From Octopus sinensis (Eukaryota): 64,000 bases of DNA. The DNA lies in the NCBI RefSeq assembly GCF_006345805.1, contig NC_043002.1, positions 71,610,001-71,674,000 of the forward strand. The letters run 5' to 3'. The notes under the pieces are model-generated. The model was given only the letters and a program-made list of their open reading frames with translations, was not told the DNA's origin and did not search any database. Both the position numbers and the translations under genes were made by a program. Shown here piece by piece: positions 55,453-64,000 of the stretch. Every line of letters begins with the position of its first letter. The stretch's first letter is position 1.

Positions 55453-56555
55453 AAATTGTGTGTATGCATATGTATATATGCATGTATGTATATGCATGCA
55501 TATATCACTGTGCGTATATGCATATATCCGTATACACTCACACAAGGGTAGTAGTTCATGAAATATAACGAAATATGGTATTTTGCAGATATAAAGACTG
55601 ATTCACTGATATCATCCTGCATTAATTCAAAAACACACACATTCTCTCTCTTTCTCTCTCTCTCTCCTCTCTCTCTCTCCTCTCTCTCTCTCTCTCCCTC
55701 CCTCTTACACATACGCGCGCACACTCACATATACACAGAGTGAGCGTGAAAGTGCGCATGTGTGAATATATGTATAAATGCGGAGATATGTGTATGTGCA
55801 AGTGTGCTTATGTGCGCATATGCGTGAATTAATACGCTTCCATACACTCAGTGTATTATCAAATATATAAATATGAAATATTCTAGTTGCATATTAAATG
55901 TTGATAAGTTCGAAAATTACAATTTACTGATCAGATATTAGATCGCTGATCTAGAGCACAGCACCGTTAGTAGCACATCCATTGTCCAATTGAATCGCCT
56001 TTATAATAGGACATTTTCTAATTTATTGATTTCCCCCCCCCTCCTTCCTTACAGTGATTTCTAAGTTTTATTCATAGTTTATGGCAAAATTTATAGATTT
56101 AATATCATTAAATTTATTCATTGTTCCTCGTCTAGTCTGTTACGGTAGATTTATTGTTTATAGTCAGAAAATGGAACCGGAAATTTAGACGCATCCGTCG
56201 TATTCACTATCCATTGACTTTCGCTAATACCACCTCCATCAGCGCTACCAGCATCGCCACAGCCACCATAATCGACACAGCTACCACCATTGCCACAGCC
56301 AGCGCAAACATCACTGTAACCACGACGTCAATGCGCACTTCCATAACTGTCAGACTTGGCAGCGAAGTATGTGTCTTACGCAGTGTTTATTGAAACTTAA
56401 GGTTCAAACAGTTTTGTAAGTGATTTGTCACAAACAAAAGAAGATAATGTGTTTCTATATACTACATAATTAATAAATTTTATACGTTTCTCTGCTTGCA
56501 CAGTTTTACGAAAGCACGTCCAAACAAGAGGAGTACACACACGAACGTTTATACG

Positions 56556-56614
<59 letters not shown>

Positions 56615-56677
56615 TGTATGTATGTATGTATGTATGTATGTATGTATGTATCTATCTATCTATCTATATACATATAT

Positions 56678-57147
<470 letters not shown>

Positions 57148-57409
57148 TAAAATGTACGCATCCATAAGACCTCTCTCTCTTTCTCTCTCTTTCTCGCTCT
57201 CCCTCTCTCTGTCTCTCTCTCTCTCTCTCACTGACTAATGTGCGAAACGTTTGAGACCGTGGGATAACTGCTGACGATACAGAAGGGTTTCACCATTGGA
57301 ACAGATTTAGAAGAGCTTGCAAAGATTTAAGTAGCTCCTGCATGCACACATATATATGTAACTGGCTAGCAAACACGAAAACTATAAAGTTTGGCAGCTT
57401 GCTTGTTTT

Positions 57410-57515
<106 letters not shown>

Positions 57516-57719
57516 TACATATAATATTTGTAAACAAACCAGAAAGAGTTTGTAAGTTGCGGAGAGAAAGCTACTATGGAAGACTCAAAGTAGAATAATA
57601 ATATACCATAATAATATGTAGTTTTCGGGCTTTTGTTGTAATTAAAAATTGTCGCTTCAAATCGGAGAATATACATTATGATATATTGTTATACCCTTAA
57701 TAATATATGTATATATATA

Positions 57720-57785
<66 letters not shown>

Positions 57786-57827
57786 AGGCCAAATAGGGTA
57801 CGTCGCTATATATATTATATGTAGAAA

Positions 57828-57909
<82 letters not shown>

Positions 57910-57919
57910 TATATATAAT

Positions 57920-57994
<75 letters not shown>

Positions 57995-57996
<2 letters not shown>

Positions 57997-58171
57997 AATT
58001 AAGGACTGAACACGAAAAGTGGACAGTCAACATGCTATATATAGACGTCAATCGCCATTCTCCACAAAGATTATGTTCTCAAATGAGAACATAATCTTTG
58101 TGGAGAATGGCGATTTGACGTCTATATCTAGCATGTTGACTGTCCACTTTTCGTGTTCAGTCCTTAATTGG
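57995..58171. repeat. Near-perfect 177 bp palindrome within (TA)n
   Basis: Arms of about 88 bp centred at 58082/58083, essentially no spacer, one substitution and one 1 nt indel. Confidence 0.9.
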
Positions 58172-58319
58172 TATATATAAATATTGTAATCTTCGGATTC
58201 TTTTTTAATATGCTAGACCACTGGTTTTAATTGATAAATATCAATTCCTACCCTTAATTAATATTATATATATATATATATTTAAGTAGGTAAATGAATT
58301 ATCCTAGCATGGAAAATTC

Positions 58320-58351
<32 letters not shown>

Positions 58352-58358
<7 letters not shown>

Positions 58359-59545
58359 AGATATGTTTCGACGAAAGGTTGGGCCGATTCATGTGTAACG
58401 TAATAGCACCACCTGATAGGATTTGTTAAATCTTTTTTCAGTCAAGTCCATTCGTGTAGGGAGTTCTTCTTGAGTGAGTTATATCCAGATATAGGTGGCT
58501 TATCTGGCATCCCTTAAAGAAGTTTTTCCAGATACCGTTTAAAGGTGATGGGATTCTTTTCCTCTTTGATCTGTTTTGGGACAATGTTAAATAGTGAGAG
58601 GCCTGTTGAGGATAAAAAATATATGTTGCAATGTTGTAATCCTGAATTGGGAAGGGGACTATAGCCCATGGTCCTAGCAAAAACAAATTTTGAGGTCGTT
58701 GAGCAATACTGGTGGTATATTTTCCACATGTGCAAATGATGTTTCGCTCACGGTGGTGCTGGAGAGAATAGAGTTTCAATGCTTTAATGCAATCCCAAAA
58801 ATCGAGATCAGTCATCCCTTTAATTTTTATAGTGAATGTCCTCTGGGATGATTCAGTTTCTGAAATGTTTTGTTTTGTGTGGAAAGACCACTGGGAGCAT
58901 CAGTATTCGAGTTGAAGGCGTACAAAGGAATGATGACACCTTATTCTCTGGACCAGAAGGTTCTTAAGGCCCAGGAGCTCGTCCTACGACCTATATCTGT
59001 TTCATTATTACCCACAAGGGGCTATACATAGAGGGGACAAACAAGGATAGACAAACGGATTAAGTCGATTACATCGACCCCAGTGCGTAACTGGTACTTC
59101 ATTTATCGACCCCGAAAGGATGAAAGGCAAAGTCGACCTCGGCGGAATTTGAACTCAGAACGTAACGGCAGACGAAATACGGCTATGCATTTCGCCCGGC
59201 GTGCTAACGTTTCTGCCAGCTCCCTGCCTTATCGTCCTTGTTGTTGATGTGGGCACTCCAGCTGAGATTGTTGTCAGCAATTTCTCCTAGGTCTTTAGTA
59301 CTATTAGATGCCGTGAGTAGTTCCCCTGAAGGGAAGAGAGTATTGATGCTTTAGCATAGTCTTTTTCAAAAATGCTTCAGTTCAAATTTTCCCTCATTCA
59401 GTCACGTTTTGTTTTTGTCTATCCATTGACTTACAGCATGTAGACCAGAGTGGGGTTCAGTTTGGTTTTCTTCTACTTTGATAATTTTGTGGATCTTGGG
59501 GTCATCGGCGAATATTTTAATTTTGCTGTTTGATGACTCTTGAAA
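58352..59545 (-). mobile_element. Decayed CR1-group LINE 3' region (from the RT FADD motif to the 3' UTR), split by a SINE
   Basis: KIFADDPKI...KDLGEIADNNLSWSAHI | RRTSSWALRTFWSRE...LDFWDCIKALKLYSLQ...LSLFNIVPK...MPDKP...NSL; same C-terminal type as 4012-4430. Confidence 0.8.
59000..59230 (-). mobile_element. SINE B1 nested in the CR1-group LINE
   Basis: Reverse complement of the B1 sequence; the LINE reading frame resumes on both sides. Confidence 0.88.
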
Positions 59546-59642
59546 TGTCGTTTATATAGACTATATGTATAACTACACACACATACACACTCACACACAC
59601 ACACACACACCACACACACACACACACACCACACACACACAC

Positions 59643-59695
<53 letters not shown>

Positions 59696-59697
<2 letters not shown>

Positions 59698-59971
59698 TTT
59701 TATTCTTTTATTTTTTTACTTGTTTCAGCCATTTGACTGCGACTATGCTTGAGCACCACCTTTAGTCGATCCCAGGACTTTTTCTTTCTAATCCTAGTAC
59801 ATATTCTATCGGTCTGTTTTGCTGTACCGCTAGGTTTTGGGGACGTAAGTACACCAACATCAGTTGACAAGTGATGGCGGTAGTGGGGGACAAACACATA
59901 CACACACACATAAATATATTGATATACGATGGTTTCTTTTAGTTTCCGTCCACCAAACTCCACTCACAAGG
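59696..59971 (-). mobile_element. SINE A, partial and diverged
   Basis: Tail and core match; the head is missing. Confidence 0.75.
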
Positions 59972-60126
59972 TCTTATTTATGCAGTTGAAGATTGCACTG
60001 CATTAAAATTGATATAATCATAGCATTGTTCAATTAAATGGAGTCGCTTGAAAAGTCCGTACTACATCACTACTTGACTCGTGTTGCTTATTTTGACTTT
60101 ATATGTGTGCGCGTGTGGGTGGTGGG

Positions 60127-60318
60127 TCTCACTACAACTTGATAGCCGGGATTGGTGTGTTTACGTCCCCGTAACTTAGCAGTTCAGCGAAAGGCCCCTT
60201 TAGAATAAGTACTAGGCTTACAATGATTAAGTCCTAGGGTCGATCTCTTCGACTAAACGTGGTGCTCCAGCATGGCCACAGTCAAATGACTGAAACAAGA
60301 GAATAAAAGAATAAAATA
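60127..60318 (+). mobile_element. SINE A 3' half
   Basis: ggtgtgtttacgtccccgtaacttagc...gtggtgctccagcatggccacagtcaaatgactgaaac. Confidence 0.8.
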
Positions 60319-60350
60319 ATTCACACACACATATATACATATATATATTA

Positions 60351-60748
60351 TACTCTTTTACTTGTTTCAGTCATTTGACTGTGGTCATGCTGGAGCACTG
60401 CCTTTAGTCGAGCAAATCTACCCCAGGACTTATTCTTTGTAAGCCTAGTACTTATTCTATCGGATCTCTTTTGCCGAACCGCTAAATTACCGGGACGTAA
60501 ACACACCAGCATCGATTGTCAAGCGATGTTGAGGGAACAAACACAGACACACAAACATATACACAGACATACATATATATATATATATATATACATATAT
60601 TCGACGGGCTTCTTTCAGTTTCCGTCTACCAAATCCACTCACAAGGCTTTGGTCGGCCCGAGGCTATAGTAGAAGACTCTTGCCCAAGTTACCACGCAAT
60701 GGGATTGAACCCAGAACCATGTGGTTGGTAAGCAAGCTACTTACCACA
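60351..60748 (-). mobile_element. SINE A, near full length, tail-to-tail with the previous copy
   Basis: Colinear with the other copies; a further decayed copy follows at about 60765-60935. Confidence 0.88.
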
Positions 60749-61006
60749 TGTATATATATATTTTACCTTCTATTTGTTTCAGTCATTAGATTGTGCCCAT
60801 GCGTTAAGGAACTTGTCCAAGGAATCGACCACAGTCGATATTTTTTTTCAAACCTCGTAGTTATTCCATCGGTTTCATTTGCCGAATCGCTAGGATACGG
60901 GGTCGTCAACTTCACAAAGACAAACACACACATATACATAAATATATGAAAAATATACATAAATTTATATATGCATAAATCCATATATATATATATATAA
61001 ATACGC

Positions 61007-61042
<36 letters not shown>

Positions 61043-61062
61043 CACACACACACACATATAAT

Positions 61063-61139
<77 letters not shown>

Positions 61140-61516
61140 CTCATATAGAATCAGTTGCATATGTATCCGTCATATAAACTGATTCATTCTCGGTAGCACG
61201 AACGCAATTCTAGCATCTGTCTCCGAGGAAATGATAATATTGTAATAGCTTTTACATTACTAAACGTTATGTCTAACTGACAACAACTTACTTGTAAACA
61301 TGACCTGTCATTTTTAGAATTAATTTATAGCTATATGTTTCGGAAGATAACGACACAAACGTATATCGAGGTATTTTAATTGCAGCTCTTTATATTGTCT
61401 CTCTTAAAATTTTCGATAGTTAGAAGTCTCGCTTTTTATTCTGCAACTATCAGTAAACTAATTCCTCTACTGAAATAAGTGGGTGTCATGTATACTATAC
61501 ACACAATAACGATCAG

Positions 61517-62220
61517 AGGACCGATCAGGTAAAGGACCTGGGTATCTTGGTGGATTCCTCCTTTTCGCCTTCGGCCCAGTGCGTCCATGCTGCCAACAAA
61601 GCACGCGAAATTCTGTTCTTGATTCGACGGTCATTCGGAATGCTCACAGCAGCCATATTCCTACCACTCTATGTCACGCTGGTGAGACCCATATTGGAGT
61701 ATGGGATTCAAGCCTCTTCTCCTTATCTCCTCAAAGACATACAACATCTCGAAAGAGTCCAGAAGCTGGCTACCCGCATGGTTCATGGTCTCAAAAATTT
61801 GTCCTACGAAGAAAGGCTGAGGACGCTCGACCTTTATTCTCTTGAAAAACGCCGCTGCCGTGGTGATCTCATTCTCGCCCACAACATCATAAGCGGAAAG
61901 TGTAACCTCTCGAAAGAGATGTTCTTCACTCCTGCTCCAGAGCGTCGGCTGCGGGGTCATTCCGAAAAGCTCTACCTGCGACGATTTCATCTCAATCGAA
62001 GGAGAGGAGCTTTCTCCGTCCGGGTTGCGGATCCGTGGAACAAGCTGCCAGACGAGATAGTGAAGATGCCGACGACCGCTTTGTTCAAAGCCTCCCTGGA
62101 CCTCAAGTGGCCTGAACTCTTTACATGAACACCACCCTGTACTTAACTCCATGTCCCCCTACATGGCCTTGCTATTTGCTTTTGAGCCAAATTAACTAAC
62201 TAACTAACTAACTAACTAAC
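61517..62220 (+). mobile_element. Apparently young 5'-truncated CR1 LINE with an uninterrupted ORF2 C-terminus and (TAAC)n tail
   Basis: About 200 open codons to the stop at 62128: VKDLGILVD...LYVTLVRPILEYG...HLERVQKLATRMV...YEERL..LDLYSLEKRRCRGDLI...LRGHSEKL...FSVRVADPWNKLP; short 3' UTR, then (taac)7. Confidence 0.9.
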
Positions 62221-62321
62221 GTATTAATGGACATTTCGCTTCGTATTGTCTTTGACAATCATATATTTATTATTTACATTATTTACAATTGACGGATAAT
62301 TGTTCTCAACTTGTTTGTTGG

Positions 62322-62368
62322 TAACACAAGGTTTCGGCTAATATACCCTCCAGCCTTCATCAGGTCTT
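62322..62368 (-). ncRNA. Type-I hammerhead-like motif in a Penelope-type terminal repeat (degenerate)
   Basis: Minus strand aagac-CTGATGA-a-ggct...agcc-GAAAC-ctt-gtgtt; stem II intact, stem I 4 of 5 pairs, C instead of G after GAAAC. Confidence 0.5.
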
Positions 62369-64000
62369 GGGGAAATTTCGAACCTTGGTTCTCATTCCTA
62401 AGGTATATTTCGATGTTGTTGTTGTTATTTAGCAACAACGTAAGTACTGAAAATGTAAAACATAGAGATGAACATAACATGTGCAACAAAAATAAAGTAA
62501 CGAAACACAAGCTCAAACCCAAGGGATGCACAATGAAAACTAAACTGTATTAGTAATTCACAACGATGTAACGCAGGATTGCGCTGATTTTCCTTAAGCA
62601 TGACTTGGAGGATATACGTGTCTCAGGAATACTCAGTAAAATTGTGTGATCATTCAACAAATCGAATGACTGTGCTCGCGATCATCGAAATCGACATCAA
62701 AGTCCGTCAAATGCAGGTACATGCGTTGTCGAATCATATATAACGTTATAATGTAATATAACATAAAATATAGGGTATGAAATACTATCTAGTCCTCCTA
62801 AATATAAATAGAATTGTAAACTAATGCTAGTTTCAACTCACTGCATATGTAATGAATAATAAATCAGAAAACAAACAAACAAGATGTCACATTTATCAAA
62901 GCTGTTAGGAAACACGTAATTTATAAAAGATTGGTATTATCAAATTAAAATATCTATACAAAAGTATTTAACTATTTCGTTAATTTTAATTACATTTGGA
63001 TAGAAAAACAATAAGCTGCAATGAAATAAATTAACTTTCTTTAGTTTATTTTGTTAACACAAATGAAATTCCTAGTATTATTTTTTTCGCAATTAACGAT
63101 TAAGCTGTCTTCCAGTCACAACCAAGATATTCCGCCATTTCGTTAAATCACCAACTTAAGTTGAACCAGCGTGACTGTACATCTAGCGACAACGAAGAAG
63201 TGAAATGTGAAAAGTAAAACTAAAACAAACTCTGGGAATGCACGAACATTCTTGGGCGGTACGTTGGAATTACGATACAGTCACGATTGAATTAAAGTAA
63301 TAAAAAAAAAAGGAAACTATTCTCTTTAAATTTAAAGAATTACAAGTAGAATGTGTAAGAAAGTGTTTTCGCAAATTGTCATGGAATGTAAGTATATCAG
63401 CAAGTGATATAAGTTAACTAATTCGCTAGTTTATGCATATTTAATTGAATGCAATGTATTATTTTCGTTAGAGATGCTTTTAGTCGTTCGAAATATATTC
63501 ACTTCTTCAATACTTTTAATTTAAAGATAGCAAGTAATTCACTTTATTGTACAGTCATGACCTGATCACCGATAACCATAAACTTAGACTGAGAAAATAA
63601 CTATTAAATACAAAAAGGATGGAAGATTCTATTTTATCCGCTGTCCTATGATATAATAACACATGTTTTATCACGCGACTTGAAATTAATTTCCTGTTAA
63701 AGAGATATGCAGGAACAAAAATAACTGGATAAAGTTTCTTGGTATGTTATTAAAAGAGTTGGTGGCAAGTCTATTAACCAATTTAGTCACTGAGAAATAA
63801 TTTAATGTCAGAAACAATTGTTTTCAATCAACTTCGCTGCGTCAATAACAGGATAAAAATTGTCTCCTGTTCTGCAAATAGTCGAGACTCTATCAACGTG
63901 AGCAACAGGAACTATTTATTACAAGAAACCTCGGAAACGATAATTATTACATTGATAAAGAAAGTAATAGCTACAGTTATAGATTTTAAATACTTTCCGC

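Noticed and set aside
56154-56393. Thr/Ala-rich ORF
   Set aside because: Degenerate ACC/GCC trinucleotide low-complexity tract with no support as an exon.
61579-62152. ORFs 61579-61845 (+) and 61661-62152 (-)
   Set aside because: Alternative-frame and antisense shadows of the GC-rich CR1 ORF2.

Overview
This is a eukaryotic, AT-rich, microsatellite-saturated window with no recognisable intact host gene. It looks intronic or intergenic, and is most likely from an octopus (coleoid cephalopod), judged from the SINE families and the extreme (TA)n/(TG)n/(TAA)n load; this assignment is inference, not a database result. Nearly all ORFs in the supplied track are translated microsatellites or antisense shadows. 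Content that can be supported: (1) four R4/Dong-clade RLE non-LTR retrotransposon copies, one near full length (about 41.9-45.7 kb, minus) and three of them beside (TAA)n arrays; (2) a ~540 bp non-coding element that is TAA-flanked with the same polarity and may be a Dong-dependent non-autonomous partner; (3) four CR1-group LINE 3' fragments, two sharing a 3' stem-loop with the commonest SINE; (4) at least four tRNA-derived SINE families with swapped tails; (5) two complementary deletion derivatives of one mariner family, several long-TIR MITEs (one carrying TTAGGG repeats) and hAT/Charlie ends; (6) five dispersed minimal type-I hammerhead-ribozyme-like motifs of the Penelope type; (7) a near-perfect 177 bp palindrome; (8) a decayed intronless WDR77/MEP50-like retrocopy absent from the ORF track. 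No CRISPR array, rRNA or genuine tRNA gene was seen. Coordinates were read by eye and element ends may be off by a few to tens of bases.
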